From Candidatus Arthromitus sp. SFB-rat-Yit (GTDB lineage: Bacteria; Bacillota; Clostridia; Clostridiales; Clostridiaceae), in contig NC_016012.1 of NCBI RefSeq assembly GCF_000283555.1, forward strand, positions 1,483,557 through 1,515,556: a stretch of 32,000 nt of DNA. The letters run 5' to 3'. Both the position numbers and the translations under genes were made by a program. This document shows positions 1 through 9,883 of the stretch, piece after piece (the stretch's first letter is position 1; each line of letters opens with the position of its first letter). The notes under the pieces are model-generated. The model was not told where the DNA came from. It did not search any database and saw only the letters and a program-made list of their open reading frames with translations.

Positions 1-173
1 TTGCACCTGTTTTAGATATATTTATATATTCAGAACCTACAAATAAAGTATTTATACAAGGAGCAATAGCATCACTTTTAAATATAATAACTGTAGGTAT
101 AGTTGGAACAGGCTTATTATCACTCTATGCTAAATCTATTGTTAAAAAAGGTAGCCTATCTAAAGAATCTTAA
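1..173 (+). CDS. 3' end of a membrane protein, possibly the substrate-capture (S) component of the adjacent ECF transporter (partial)
   Basis: Frame open from base 3 to TAA at 171-173. Translates ...[37 protein letters not shown] (hydrophobic helix plus basic tail). Ends 33 nt before the ECF ATPase gene. The fragment is too short to assign a family. Confidence 0.35.
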   Translation, partial: APVLDIFIYSEPTNKVFIQGAIASLLNIITVGIVGTGLLSLYAKSIVKKGSLSKES

Positions 174-206
174 AACAAAATTTCCAAATTTGAGGTAAAT
201 ACTTTA

Positions 207-1937
207 ATGAAAGAAAAATTAATCGAGTTTATAGACTTTAGTTTTAAATACAATTCTCAACAATCTTCAACACTTAAAAATATAAATCTTACTATTTATA
301 AAAATGAAAAAATATTAGTATTAGGTGAATCTGGATGTGGTAAAAGTACACTATTTAACTCTATAAATGGTCTTGTTCCGTTTTTTTATCAGGGAGAAAT
401 TTCTGGTAATTTGGAAATTAAAAATAAAAATACCAAAAATATGTCTATTTTTGAAATTTCAAAAAGCGTAGCTACAATACTTCAGGATACTGATAATCAA
501 TTTATAGCATTAACATCTGCAGAAGATATAGCTTTTAAGTTAGAAAACTTGTGTGTTAATCAAAAAGTTATGCACGAAAAAGTTAATAAAATATCTTCTC
601 TCATTGGTGTAAATGATTTTTTAAATTCAAATCCTCATAATCTATCTGGTGGACAAAAACAGAGGGTAACTCTAGGTGGAGTACTTGTAGATGATAGTGA
701 AATATTAATTTTTGATGAGCCTCTAGCAAATTTAGATCCAAAAACATCTGAAGAAACTATAAATTTAATTAATAAAATAACAGAGAAAACTCCTAAGACT
801 GTAATAATAATAGAACATAGACTTGAAGAGGTATTGAAACTTAATTTTGATAGAGTATTGTTAATGCATAATGGTTGCATAGTTTTTGATGGTGAAATGA
901 ATAAATTACTATGCTCTTCATTATTAAAAAAATATGGAATACGAGAGCCTTTATATTTAACAGCTCTAAAATATGCTGGATGTAATGTAGAAAAATATCC
1001 AAATGTTTTTGATATAAAAAATTTAGATATCTCACCATTTAAACATAATATTGAAACTTTTTACAATGATTTAAAATACTTCAATCCCCATAATATTATT
1101 GATTCATCCTCTCCATTATTAAGATGTGAGAATATAAATTTTAGTTATAATAATAAAAAAAATGTGTTAAATAACGTATCATTTGACGTTTATAAAAATG
1201 AATTATTATGTATCGTTGGTAAAAATGGTGCTGGAAAATCTACAATTTCAAAAATTATATGCGGTTTTTTAAAACCATCTTCTGGTAAAATATTATTTAA
1301 TAATAAAGATATAACAAATTCTACAATTTTTGAGCGCTCATCTTTAATTGGATATGTAATGCAAAATCCAAATCAAATGATAAGTCATAATTTATTATTT
1401 GATGAAGTAGCATTTACTCTTAAAAATATGAAATTGAATAAAAATGAGATAGAAACTAAAGTATATAATATATTGAAAATATGTGGTTTGTATGAATTTA
1501 GGAATTGGCCTATCTCTGCACTTAGTTTTGGTCAAAAAAGACGTGTAACAATAGCATCTATTTTAGTTAGTAATCCTAAAATACTTATTTTAGATGAACC
1601 AACAGCTGGGCAAGATTTTAATCATTATAATAAAGTAATGGAATTTATAAAGAGTTTGAAAAATCATGGTATAACTTCAATTATGATAACTCATGATATG
1701 AATTTGCTTATGGAATACGCAGATAGGTGCATTGTTATATCGGATGGTAAAAAAATAGGTGATGATATTCCTTCTAAAATTTTATCAAATGATGACATAA
1801 TTAAAAACGCAAACTTAAAGAAAACCTCATTACATAGTATTTCTGAAAAATTATCCTTAAATAATACTGAGATATTTATAAACAAATTTATAACTTATGA
1901 TAGGAGCACAAGAGATAAAAATGAAACTTGTTCTTGA
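207..1937 (+). CDS. ECF transporter fused double ATPase (EcfA1-EcfA2 type ABC ATP-binding protein)
   Basis: 576 aa with two ABC cassettes. Walker A GESGCGKST and GKNGAGKST; signatures LSGGQKQR and LSFGQKRR; Walker B ILIFDEPLANLD and ILILDEPTAGQD; H-loops IIEHRL and ITHDM. Followed by a T-component gene. Confidence 0.9.
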   Translation: MKEKLIEFIDFSFKYNSQQSSTLKNINLTIYKNEKILVLGESGCGKSTLFNSINGLVPFFYQGEISGNLEIKNKNTKNMSIFEISKSVATILQDTDNQFIALTSAEDIAFKLENLCVNQKVMHEKVNKISSLIGVNDFLNSNPHNLSGGQKQRVTLGGVLVDDSEILIFDEPLANLDPKTSEETINLINKITEKTPKTVIIIEHRLEEVLKLNFDRVLLMHNGCIVFDGEMNKLLCSSLLKKYGIREPLYLTALKYAGCNVEKYPNVFDIKNLDISPFKHNIETFYNDLKYFNPHNIIDSSSPLLRCENINFSYNNKKNVLNNVSFDVYKNELLCIVGKNGAGKSTISKIICGFLKPSSGKILFNNKDITNSTIFERSSLIGYVMQNPNQMISHNLLFDEVAFTLKNMKLNKNEIETKVYNILKICGLYEFRNWPISALSFGQKRRVTIASILVSNPKILILDEPTAGQDFNHYNKVMEFIKSLKNHGITSIMITHDMNLLMEYADRCIVISDGKKIGDDIPSKILSNDDIIKNANLKKTSLHSISEKLSLNNTEIFINKFITYDRSTRDKNETCS

Positions 1938-2748
1938 ATATATAGATAAGAATTCATTTATTCATAACTTAACAGGCGCAACTAAATTAATATGTTTTAT
2001 ACTTTGGTGTACTATAACAATAATAACATACGATACAAGATTACTAATTTCCTTACTAATCTTAAGTTTATTTTTATTTAAAATATCGAAGATAAAATTT
2101 AAAGATATTTCTTTGATAATAATATTTATACTAATATTTCTCTTATTAAATAATATACTCATATACATCTTTGGTCCTAATACAGGGTCAGAAATATATG
2201 GAACTAAAACTATTTTATTAAATTTTAATAACTCATATTCAGTTACTGCTGAGCAGATTTTTTATCAATTTAATATTACGCTAAAATATTTTAGTGTAAT
2301 ACCTATTTCTTTATTATTTATATTAACAACAAACCCGAGCGAATTTGCTGCATCATTAAATAAAATAGGTATAAATTATAAAATTTCATATTCTATATCA
2401 TTAGCTCTCAGGTATATACCAGATATAATAGAGGATTATAAAAATGTGTCTTTATCTAAACAAGCTCGTGGAATTGATATGTCTAAAAACGAAAAACTAA
2501 TTGTTAGAATGAAAAATATGTTCCTTATAATTATACCTATAATATTTTCAAGCCTTAATCGTATAGATAAGATTTCATGCGCAATGGAACTTAGAGGATT
2601 TGGATATAACAAAAAACGTACATGGTACAATCAGAAAAAATTCAAAAAAAATGATATACTCTCAATATTATTTTTTATAATTTTAAATTTAATATCAATA
2701 TATTTATTCCATACAAATAATGGTCGATTTTTTAATCCATTTAAATAG
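1921..2748 (+). CDS. ecfT: ECF transporter transmembrane T component (EcfT/CbiQ family)
   Basis: Polytopic membrane protein with the CbiQ-like segment LALRYIPDIIEDYKNVSLSKQARG. ATG at 1921 overlaps the ATPase stop (TGA 1935-1937), with AGGAG at 1902-1906. The track ORF starts at 1897, so the start is uncertain. Confidence 0.8.
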   Translation: MKLVLEYIDKNSFIHNLTGATKLICFILWCTITIITYDTRLLISLLILSLFLFKISKIKFKDISLIIIFILIFLLLNNILIYIFGPNTGSEIYGTKTILLNFNNSYSVTAEQIFYQFNITLKYFSVIPISLLFILTTNPSEFAASLNKIGINYKISYSISLALRYIPDIIEDYKNVSLSKQARGIDMSKNEKLIVRMKNMFLIIIPIIFSSLNRIDKISCAMELRGFGYNKKRTWYNQKKFKKNDILSILFFIILNLISIYLFHTNNGRFFNPFK

Positions 2749-2780
2749 AAGGGGGAAGATGTTATCATCTTCCCCCTTCT
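2747..2780. terminator. Bidirectional rho-independent terminator shared by ecfT (+) and the BFD-like gene (-)
   Basis: Perfect 15-bp stem agaagggggaagatg / catcttcccccttct with loop ttat, flanked by A/T runs. It overlaps both stop codons (TAG 2746-2748 on +; TAG on - at 2779-2781). Confidence 0.75.
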
Positions 2781-2985
2781 ATTTATTAGCTGCCTCTATA
2801 AGTTCAATAATTTTACTTCTGCATCTAGCACCTTTACATCCGCCTCCAGTTGCACCTGTCATTTCCTTTATCTTATCGATAGTATTAGCACCATCTTTTA
2901 TACACTCATTAATAGTAAATTTATCAATTCCTTTACACAAACATATCTTTGTCATTTTATCTTTTATGATATTATCTTTATCCAT
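2779..2985 (-). CDS. Small BFD-like [2Fe-2S]-binding domain protein
   Basis: Cys pattern KICLCKG...TGATGGGCKGARC resembles the bacterioferritin-associated-ferredoxin-like domain. The start is placed at MDKDN (2985) because GAGAGGTGG lies 7 nt upstream; the track ORF extends to 3003. Confidence 0.6.
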   Translation of the reverse strand: MDKDNIIKDKMTKICLCKGIDKFTINECIKDGANTIDKIKEMTGATGGGCKGARCRSKIIELIEAANK

Positions 2986-3086
2986 TGATTTACCACCTCT
3001 CAAATATTATACACTTTATTAAGTATACATTTCAATGTATAATATACTATATAGTATTTAGTATTTTTCATTCTAGCTTAATAATT

Positions 3087-5084
3087 ATGATTAACAATTT
3101 AAATAATAATGAAAAATATAATAATAAACTTATAGTTCAATATGTTATAACTTGTCTATTATTTTTTATTCTAATTGAAATAATCCATAGACAAGATTTT
3201 AATGCTATATATATGTTTTTAAAATCAAACACTATATATACAAATTTATATTTAATACTATTTTTTATATTTTCAAGTTTATATACGTTTGTATTTAAAA
3301 AACCCCTTATATTTTGTGCAATGCACTATAGTTTATGGTGTTTTATAGCATTCATAAGTAATATAAATATTTATTTTAAAGGTACCCCTCTAATTTTTGA
3401 AGATTTATTCCTAGTAAATGAAGCTACTGATATTATTTTAAAATATTTAAATTTTAAACTTATAACTAATATATTAATCTTAATTATTTTATTATCTATT
3501 ATATTTATAATTTTAATAAAACTATCTAAAAATATTAAATTTAAATTATTTAATTTTAAACATTCATATTTAAATTTCATACTATATCCATTTTTTATAT
3601 GGTTTTATCTATTCTCTATGGATAAACTTTATAATTATGGTAAATCTATTACATATGCCTTAAGTGATTTTAATTTATCGGATACATATTTAAAAAATGG
3701 ATTTCTACACTCATTTTATAATTCAACTAACTTGTTTTTTTTAAATAATACAAATTTTAATTATGATATAGATAAAGTCCTCAAACTTAAAAATATATTA
3801 AATAACCATTATTATAATTCTAAGGATCCAAATCTTAATATAATTGTAATTCAATTAGAATCATTATTTGACCCACTTAAGTTAAAAAATACAAAATTCT
3901 CTAGTGATCCACTTAAAAATTTGAGGAATTTATCAAAAACAAATGAGAGTGGAGAAATAATAGTTCCAGTTTTAGGTGGTGGAACAATACAAACAGAATT
4001 TGAAATACTTACAGGCATTAACATGAAAAATCTTTATACCAAAATGCCCTACTTAAATATACTAAATAAAAATCAAGTGGAAAGTATTCCTTATATATTA
4101 AAAAATTCTGGATATGCAACAACAGCCTTACACAATTATTTTTCAACATTTTACAATCGTACTAAAGCTTATGAAAATCTCGGATTTGATACATTTATAC
4201 CTATTGAATCTATTTCGTCAAGAGAAACTAGCAAAAATTTTTGGTATAAAGATAATCTTTTAATAAATGAAATTATAACTAAAATTAAAAATACTCCTGA
4301 GAAAGATTTTATATTTGGTGTAGCTGTAGAATCCCATGGCCCATATAATACGCCAATAGATGGAGATATTGTAGTAAAAAATGATTTACTTAATGAACAG
4401 GAATTACTAGAACTCCAAAATTATGCAAATATTATTAAACATGTAGATGATTTTATTCTTAATTTAGTAAATGAACTCAATAATATAGATGAAGAATACG
4501 TTCTGATATTTTATAGCGATCATCTACCTTCTCTTGGAGAAAATCATAGTACATTATCTTTATTAGATAGTGTAGATTTATTTAAAACTCCTTATTTAAT
4601 AATTGAATCAAATAATAATAATTCGATATCTATTGAGAATGAAGAAATTCATTCTTATGAATTTCTTCATGAAATTTTTTCAGATTTAAATATAAATTCT
4701 ACTATATATCATAAATTAAGGACAATTTTAAAACAAGATCAGAATTATGATGATTACGAAAAGCAGTTAATATTGGATATAAAAAAACAAAACATATATG
4801 AAGATAATAAATTTCCTTACGAAAAATCCACTATAAAAATAGGTAATAAACCTCAAATTATAGAAAATGTTAATATATCTGAGAATGAAATTTTAATAAT
4901 TGGAAGTGGTTTTACTGAAAATTCAAAGATTCTAGTCAATGGTATAAAAATTGATACCCAATATATATCTCCTAATTGTCTAAAATCTGTAAATTACACT
5001 ACCAATAATGATGATATATTTTTAGTTGTATTATTTTCAAATAAAAATTCTCCTTTAGATATCAGTAATAAATTTATATTTTAA
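3087..5084 (+). CDS. LTA synthase family protein (membrane-anchored sulfatase-like phosphoglycerol transferase)
   Basis: N-terminal multi-TM region, then a sulfatase-type domain with IIVIQLESL...GGGTIQTEFEILTG (LtaS-type catalytic Thr motif) and ...FYSDHLPSLG. An extra C-terminal beta-rich region of about 100 aa follows. The start is ambiguous (track ORF starts at 2985; ATG 3087 = MINNLNNNEKY chosen). Confidence 0.75.
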   Translation: MINNLNNNEKYNNKLIVQYVITCLLFFILIEIIHRQDFNAIYMFLKSNTIYTNLYLILFFIFSSLYTFVFKKPLIFCAMHYSLWCFIAFISNINIYFKGTPLIFEDLFLVNEATDIILKYLNFKLITNILILIILLSIIFIILIKLSKNIKFKLFNFKHSYLNFILYPFFIWFYLFSMDKLYNYGKSITYALSDFNLSDTYLKNGFLHSFYNSTNLFFLNNTNFNYDIDKVLKLKNILNNHYYNSKDPNLNIIVIQLESLFDPLKLKNTKFSSDPLKNLRNLSKTNESGEIIVPVLGGGTIQTEFEILTGINMKNLYTKMPYLNILNKNQVESIPYILKNSGYATTALHNYFSTFYNRTKAYENLGFDTFIPIESISSRETSKNFWYKDNLLINEIITKIKNTPEKDFIFGVAVESHGPYNTPIDGDIVVKNDLLNEQELLELQNYANIIKHVDDFILNLVNELNNIDEEYVLIFYSDHLPSLGENHSTLSLLDSVDLFKTPYLIIESNNNNSISIENEEIHSYEFLHEIFSDLNINSTIYHKLRTILKQDQNYDDYEKQLILDIKKQNIYEDNKFPYEKSTIKIGNKPQIIENVNISENEILIIGSGFTENSKILVNGIKIDTQYISPNCLKSVNYTTNNDDIFLVVLFSNKNSPLDISNKFIF

Positions 5085-5110
5085 AAATAAATGAAAGGAT
5101 AAATAAAATA

Positions 5111-6673
5111 ATGAAAAATACCTACTATATAACAACACCTATATATTATGCCTCAGGAAATTTACATATTGGACATACATATACGACAATAATGAGTGAT
5201 TCAATAGCTAGATTCAAAAGACTTCAGGGATATAATGTAAAATTTTTAACAGGAACTGACGAACATGGACTAAAAATACAACAAAATGCTGAAAAAGCTT
5301 CAAAAAATCCTAAAGAATATGTTAATGAAATAGTTGAAAAAATTAAGTTTCTTTGGGAATTGTTTAATATAGATTATGACATATTTATAAGAACAACTGA
5401 TGACTATCATATAGAAACTGTTCAAAATATATTTGAAAATTTATACAAGAATGGAGATATCTACAAAGGTACATATAAAGGACATTATTGTATACCTTGT
5501 GAATCATTTTTAACAGAAACTCAGTTAATTGATAATAAATGTCCAGACTGTAAACGTGATGTAATTATACAAAAAGAGGATGCTTATTTTTTCAAAATCA
5601 GTAAATATGCTGATAAATTATTAAAACACATAGAAGAAAATCCATTATTTATTCAACCAGAATCACGAAAGAATGAAATGATAAATAACTTTATAAAACC
5701 TGGACTTCAAGATTTATGTGTTTCTAGAACTAGTTTGAAATGGGGAATACCTGTAAAATTTGACAGCGATCACGTTGTTTATGTGTGGATAGATGCTCTA
5801 TCAAATTACATATCTGCCTTAGGTTATAGAAATAATAGGGAAAATCTTATGGATTCTTTTTGGCCTGCTGATCTTCATGTTGTTGGAAAAGAGATAGTTA
5901 GATTTCATGTAATTTATTGGCCCATTATGTTATTTGCGCTTAATCTTCCTCTTCCAAAACAGGTATTTGGTCATGGATGGCTTCTTATAAATGGAAATAA
6001 AATGTCTAAATCTCAAGGTAGTGTAATTGATCCTATTATTTTATCAAAACATTTTTCAATTGATTCTATAAGATATTTCCTTTTACGTGAGGTTAATTTT
6101 GGAAATGACGGTGTATTTAATAATGAATTGTTTATGATGAAAGTGAATAGTGACTTGTCTAATTTATTAGGTAATCTTATATCAAGAACCATATCTATGG
6201 TAATAAAATATTTTAACGGCGTTATTCCTAATCAAACTGAAATATTGAATGATGATATGGAACTTATAAATTCAGTTAAAAATTTAAAGGATAAAGTTAC
6301 TTCATACATGGATCAATTAAAAATATCAAATGCATTATCTGAAATATTTAATTGTATAAGCCTATCAAATAAATATATAGATGAAACTAAACCATGGATT
6401 CTTGGCGGAGATAAAAATTCTATAGATAGACTTAAAACTGTTTTATACAATTTATGTGAATCTATACGTGTGTTTTCAATTCTTCTATCTCCATTTATGC
6501 CAAATACATCAAAAGAAATAAAATGTAAACTAAATTATGAAATCGACTCCTTCGATTCAATTTCAGAATTTAATGGAACAAAAGCTGGAACTATAGTTCA
6601 AAAAGGAGAAAATTTATTCCCAAGAATAAATATTGAAGAAAAATTAAAAGAACTTTTAAACAAATACATTTAA
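5111..6673 (+). CDS. metG: Methionine--tRNA ligase, short form without a C-terminal tRNA-binding domain
   Basis: HIGH motif (GNLHIGHTYT), KMSKS motif (NKMSKSQG), zinc knuckle CIPCESF...CPDCKRD, 520 aa. Only 26 nt separate it from the upstream gene, which leaves no room for a T-box leader. Confidence 0.95.
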   Translation: MKNTYYITTPIYYASGNLHIGHTYTTIMSDSIARFKRLQGYNVKFLTGTDEHGLKIQQNAEKASKNPKEYVNEIVEKIKFLWELFNIDYDIFIRTTDDYHIETVQNIFENLYKNGDIYKGTYKGHYCIPCESFLTETQLIDNKCPDCKRDVIIQKEDAYFFKISKYADKLLKHIEENPLFIQPESRKNEMINNFIKPGLQDLCVSRTSLKWGIPVKFDSDHVVYVWIDALSNYISALGYRNNRENLMDSFWPADLHVVGKEIVRFHVIYWPIMLFALNLPLPKQVFGHGWLLINGNKMSKSQGSVIDPIILSKHFSIDSIRYFLLREVNFGNDGVFNNELFMMKVNSDLSNLLGNLISRTISMVIKYFNGVIPNQTEILNDDMELINSVKNLKDKVTSYMDQLKISNALSEIFNCISLSNKYIDETKPWILGGDKNSIDRLKTVLYNLCESIRVFSILLSPFMPNTSKEIKCKLNYEIDSFDSISEFNGTKAGTIVQKGENLFPRINIEEKLKELLNKYI

Positions 6674-6713
6674 AGGCAAATAGAATTCTATTTGCCTTTA
6701 AATGTATTTGTTT
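6658..6713. terminator. 56-nt perfect palindrome (28-bp arms) at the metG 3' end; likely terminator core ggcaaataga/tctatttgcc with extended arms
   Basis: aaacaaatacatttaaaggcaaatagaa | ttctatttgcctttaaatgtatttgttt; the arms are exact reverse complements. The 5' arm contains the last metG codons and the TAA stop. Confidence 0.6.
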
Positions 6714-6849
6714 GGATAATACTATACAATTATATATATATTTTACATTACTTAATTAAGAATTTTAAAACAAATTTTAAACAATACTATATGTGTTAAT
6801 AATATATATATCCTATATTTTTAATATTTTAATAAATGCCTTTAAAGCC

Positions 6850-6878
6850 TTGAAATATATACTTATTAAAACTAAAAT
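6850..6878 (+). promoter_or_regulatory. Candidate sigma-A type promoter for rplI
   Basis: TTGAAA (6850-6855), 17-nt spacer, TAAAAT (6873-6878), about 50 nt upstream of the rplI ATG. AT-rich background makes chance matches likely. Confidence 0.3.
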
Positions 6879-6929
6879 ATTCTTATTATAATTTATAATG
6901 TAAATTATTTATTTTACGGAGGTATTTAA

Positions 6930-7373
6930 ATGAAAGTTATACTCACTAATGACATTAAAAATGTAGGAAAAAAAAATGATTTAATTGAAGTATCGGATGG
7001 ATATGCAAGAAATTTCTTATTTCCTAAAAAATTAGCCATAGAAGCTAATGATGCAAATTTAAATACATTAAATTACAACAAGGAAATAGAACGTCAAGAA
7101 CGCATCAAAAAAATTGAAGAATTTCAAGAAATAGCAAATAAATTAAGAGGAAAAGAAATTATAATTACTACAAAGCTTGGTACTAACGGAAAACTATTTG
7201 GATCAATAACATCTAAAGATATTTGTAATAAAATAAATTCACAATTCAAATTAAATATAGACAAAAAGAAAATATCATTTGAACAAATTAAATCTTTAGG
7301 AAATTATCCAATCTCAATAAAATTATGCCCAGAGGTTTCAGTTAATATGGTACTAAAAGTTACTAGCGACTAA
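6930..7373 (+). CDS. rplI: 50S ribosomal protein L9
   Basis: MKVILTNDIKNVGKKNDLIEVSDGYARNFLFPKKLA is a canonical L9 N-terminus. 147 aa; GGAGG 8 nt upstream. Confidence 0.95.
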   Translation: MKVILTNDIKNVGKKNDLIEVSDGYARNFLFPKKLAIEANDANLNTLNYNKEIERQERIKKIEEFQEIANKLRGKEIIITTKLGTNGKLFGSITSKDICNKINSQFKLNIDKKKISFEQIKSLGNYPISIKLCPEVSVNMVLKVTSD

Positions 7374-7420
7374 TTTTAAAACTTGATTTATATTTTATTA
7401 AGTACTAAGGGGGAGAGAAT

Positions 7421-9337
7421 TTGAATTCTGATGTTACAATCGATGAAATTGAGAAATTAATTGAAGAAAGTAATAACATTGAGTTTAGAGTCAATGTTTT
7501 ATATGAAATGCTTGAAAAATTATTTGACAAAAATATTATAAATGATAGAATTTCTAAATTTAAATTACCAAAATATATTTCAAGTAAAAATGTTAATGAA
7601 AAACTCTATAGTATAAATGTAATTGCTAGCAATGGAAAATCATTAGTTGAGGTTCCTTCTGATAACGATTTAGAAAAAATTTATTTAATTACTAAAAATA
7701 TAATAGTTGAAGAAATTAGCCGTAGATATATTCAAAGTAAAATTGAAAATGAAGTTGAAAATATATTAAATGAAAAACAAGATAAATATATTGATGAAAT
7801 CAAACTACAAATTATCAAAAAAAATAAAGGTCCTGAAAATACTAAAACACTCAAAAAGTATGCTCAGCTTGAAATGTTAAACAAAAAACAATTAAATAAA
7901 AATATACAGCATCTTTTAAGACCTAAATCTTTTTGTGAAATACTTGGGCAAAATCGTCCAATTAAATCATTAATTTCCAAACTTGTTTCTGAATATCCTC
8001 AACATATTTTAATTTATGGCCCACCTGGAGTTGGCAAAACTTCTGCAGCTAGACTTGCATTAGAAGAAGCTAAAAAATTTGATTTTACACCATTTAATGA
8101 AAAATCAAAATTCATAGAGGTAAATGGAACAACATTAAGATGGGATCCAAGAGAAGTTACAAATCCTCTGCTCGGTTCTGTTCATGATCCAATTTATCAA
8201 GGAAGTAAAAAAGATTTAGCTGAAATAGGAATACCTGAACCAAAACCAGGACTTGTTACAGAGGCACATGGTGGAATTTTATTTATAGATGAAATTGGTG
8301 AACTTGATTTAATATTGCAAAACAAATTATTAAAGGTTCTTGAAGATAAAAAAGTAGAATTTTCATCAGCATATTATGATCCAGATGATGAAAACATACC
8401 TAAGTATATAAAATTTTTATTTGATAATGGCGCTCCTGCAGATTTCATATTAATAGGTGCTACTACCCGTGAACCTCACGAAATAAATCCTGCTCTTAGA
8501 TCTAGATGTACAGAAATATTTTTTGAACCTCTCACATCAAATGATATAGATAAAATTGTAATAAATTCTGCTGAAAAATTAAATATAAAATTAGAGGATG
8601 GTGTTCCATCATTAATAAGTGAACATTGTATAGAGGGGAGAAAAGCAACTGGAATAGTAAGTGATGCTTATAGTTATACACTATATAAGGAAAATAAAAA
8701 TTCAGATATTATAATAACAAAAGATATAGTAAAAGAGGTTTTATCATTATCCCGTATTACTCCATTTATAAATAAAGATGAAATAAAAAATCCACAAATT
8801 GGTTTAATAAAAGGACTTGGAGTTAATGGATTTTTAGGTTCAATTTTAAATTTTGAATGTGAAACATTCAAGGCTAAAAAATCTTCAAAAGGTAAATTTA
8901 GGTTTAATGAAACTGCAGGATCTATGGCAAAGGATTCAGTGTTTAATGCATCAACCGTTATACGAAAACTTACTGGAATTGATTTAAGTGACTATGATAT
9001 ACATTTGAATGCTATAGGTGGTGGAAAAATTGATGGTCCATCTGCAGGATCTGCAATAACTATATGTATATTAAGCTCTATTTTAAACAAACCGATAATT
9101 CAAGATGTAGCTATAACAGGCGAAATCTCAATAAAAGGATCTATTAAAAAAGTCGGAGGCATATTTGAAAAAATTTATGCTGCTAGACGAAATGGTTTGA
9201 ATCATGTAATAATACCAAAAGAAAATAAAAATGATGTTCCTAAAGATATCGATGATATTAACATTATCTATGTAAATAATATAAATGATGTTATAAAATT
9301 TATATTTAAAGATACTTCATTAATTAATAGTATTTAA
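7421..9337 (+). CDS. Lon-family ATP-dependent protease of the sporulation-associated LonB/LonC type
   Basis: AAA+ Walker A GPPGVGKTS, Walker B ILFIDEIGELD, C-terminal Lon protease domain with DGPSAGSA (catalytic Ser) and KKVGGIFEKIYAARRNG (Lys). TTG start preceded by AAGGGGGAG. Position between rplI and dnaB. Confidence 0.85.
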   Translation: MNSDVTIDEIEKLIEESNNIEFRVNVLYEMLEKLFDKNIINDRISKFKLPKYISSKNVNEKLYSINVIASNGKSLVEVPSDNDLEKIYLITKNIIVEEISRRYIQSKIENEVENILNEKQDKYIDEIKLQIIKKNKGPENTKTLKKYAQLEMLNKKQLNKNIQHLLRPKSFCEILGQNRPIKSLISKLVSEYPQHILIYGPPGVGKTSAARLALEEAKKFDFTPFNEKSKFIEVNGTTLRWDPREVTNPLLGSVHDPIYQGSKKDLAEIGIPEPKPGLVTEAHGGILFIDEIGELDLILQNKLLKVLEDKKVEFSSAYYDPDDENIPKYIKFLFDNGAPADFILIGATTREPHEINPALRSRCTEIFFEPLTSNDIDKIVINSAEKLNIKLEDGVPSLISEHCIEGRKATGIVSDAYSYTLYKENKNSDIIITKDIVKEVLSLSRITPFINKDEIKNPQIGLIKGLGVNGFLGSILNFECETFKAKKSSKGKFRFNETAGSMAKDSVFNASTVIRKLTGIDLSDYDIHLNAIGGGKIDGPSAGSAITICILSSILNKPIIQDVAITGEISIKGSIKKVGGIFEKIYAARRNGLNHVIIPKENKNDVPKDIDDINIIYVNNINDVIKFIFKDTSLINSI

Positions 9338-9340
9338 GGT

Positions 9341-9883
9341 TTAAAAATTTGGAGGAGTACTTACCCAGATGACACATGCCTCAACATGTTTAGATGTATT
9401 TTCTATATAGTGATCTGTTTCTGGTGAAAAATAAAAGGACTCTCCTTTTTTTACCCTTATCTTCCTACTTCCTAAATTTAAATAAATACTCCCTGAAATA
9501 ACATATCCAAATTCTTCACCTTCATGTGGATTTTCTTTAAATGTTTTTCCCCCACCTTGTAAATATACCATAATAGGCTCCATTCTGTTTTTCTGTGAAT
9601 TAGGTACAATCCAGTATATATCATGTTTCAATTCATTATTATTAGTTACAAAAAAATCATTCTTACTAAAACAAATCTTCTCATTATATTCTTCACTAAA
9701 AAATTCCTTTAAATTTGTTCCTAAGCATTCCAAAATATCCACAAGAGTAGCTATTGAAGGAGATGTCAAATCTCTCTCTAATTGAGATATAAATCCTTTA
9801 GACAATTCACTTCTATCTGCTAATTCCTCTTGAGTAAGACCATTTTTAATTCTTAAAAATTTTATTTTTTTCCCGATCTTCAT
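9341..9883 (-). CDS. XRE-family HTH transcriptional regulator with C-terminal cupin domain (PuuR-like architecture)
   Basis: HTH segment IKFLRIKNGLTQEELADRSELSKGFISQLERD, followed by a cupin-like GEEFGYVISGSIYL...GESFYFSPETDHYIEN. The start is placed at MKIGKK (9883) because GGAG lies 7 nt upstream; the track ORF begins at 9895. Confidence 0.8.
   Translation of the reverse strand: MKIGKKIKFLRIKNGLTQEELADRSELSKGFISQLERDLTSPSIATLVDILECLGTNLKEFFSEEYNEKICFSKNDFFVTNNNELKHDIYWIVPNSQKNRMEPIMVYLQGGGKTFKENPHEGEEFGYVISGSIYLNLGSRKIRVKKGESFYFSPETDHYIENTSKHVEACVIWVSTPPNF

Noticed and set aside
2720-3022. 100-aa plus-strand ORF antisense to the BFD-like gene
   Set aside because: It is low-complexity and hydrophobic/proline-rich (LHLAPLHPPPVAPV), starts inside the terminator hairpin, and has no SD. 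The opposite strand has a recognisable Cys motif and a good SD, so this is a shadow ORF.
635-3580. Short minus-strand ORFs 635-880, 841-1038, 1691-1885, 1962-2168, 2436-2630 and 3371-3580. The same reasoning applies to 8674-8871 (minus) and 13513-13710 (plus).
   Set aside because: All are nested antisense within well-supported genes, are 64-81 aa long, and have no SD or motifs.
5085-5110. T-box or other leader upstream of metG
   Set aside because: Only 26 nt separate metG from the upstream stop, which is far too short for a T-box riboswitch. metG appears to be co-transcribed with the LtaS-like gene.
6714-6929. Small RNA or riboswitch in the 256-nt metG-rplI spacer
   Set aside because: Apart from the terminator palindrome and a plausible promoter, I see only AT-rich sequence. 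A loosely repeated AATACTATA motif (about 6718 and about 6783) is present, but there is no convincing conserved-looking structure. This cannot be supported without covariance searches.
9335-9343. Convergent lon-like and XRE-cupin genes ending 3 nt apart with no terminator hairpin
   Set aside because: This is real in the sequence, but it is best explained by general genome compaction. Nothing further can be inferred from it.
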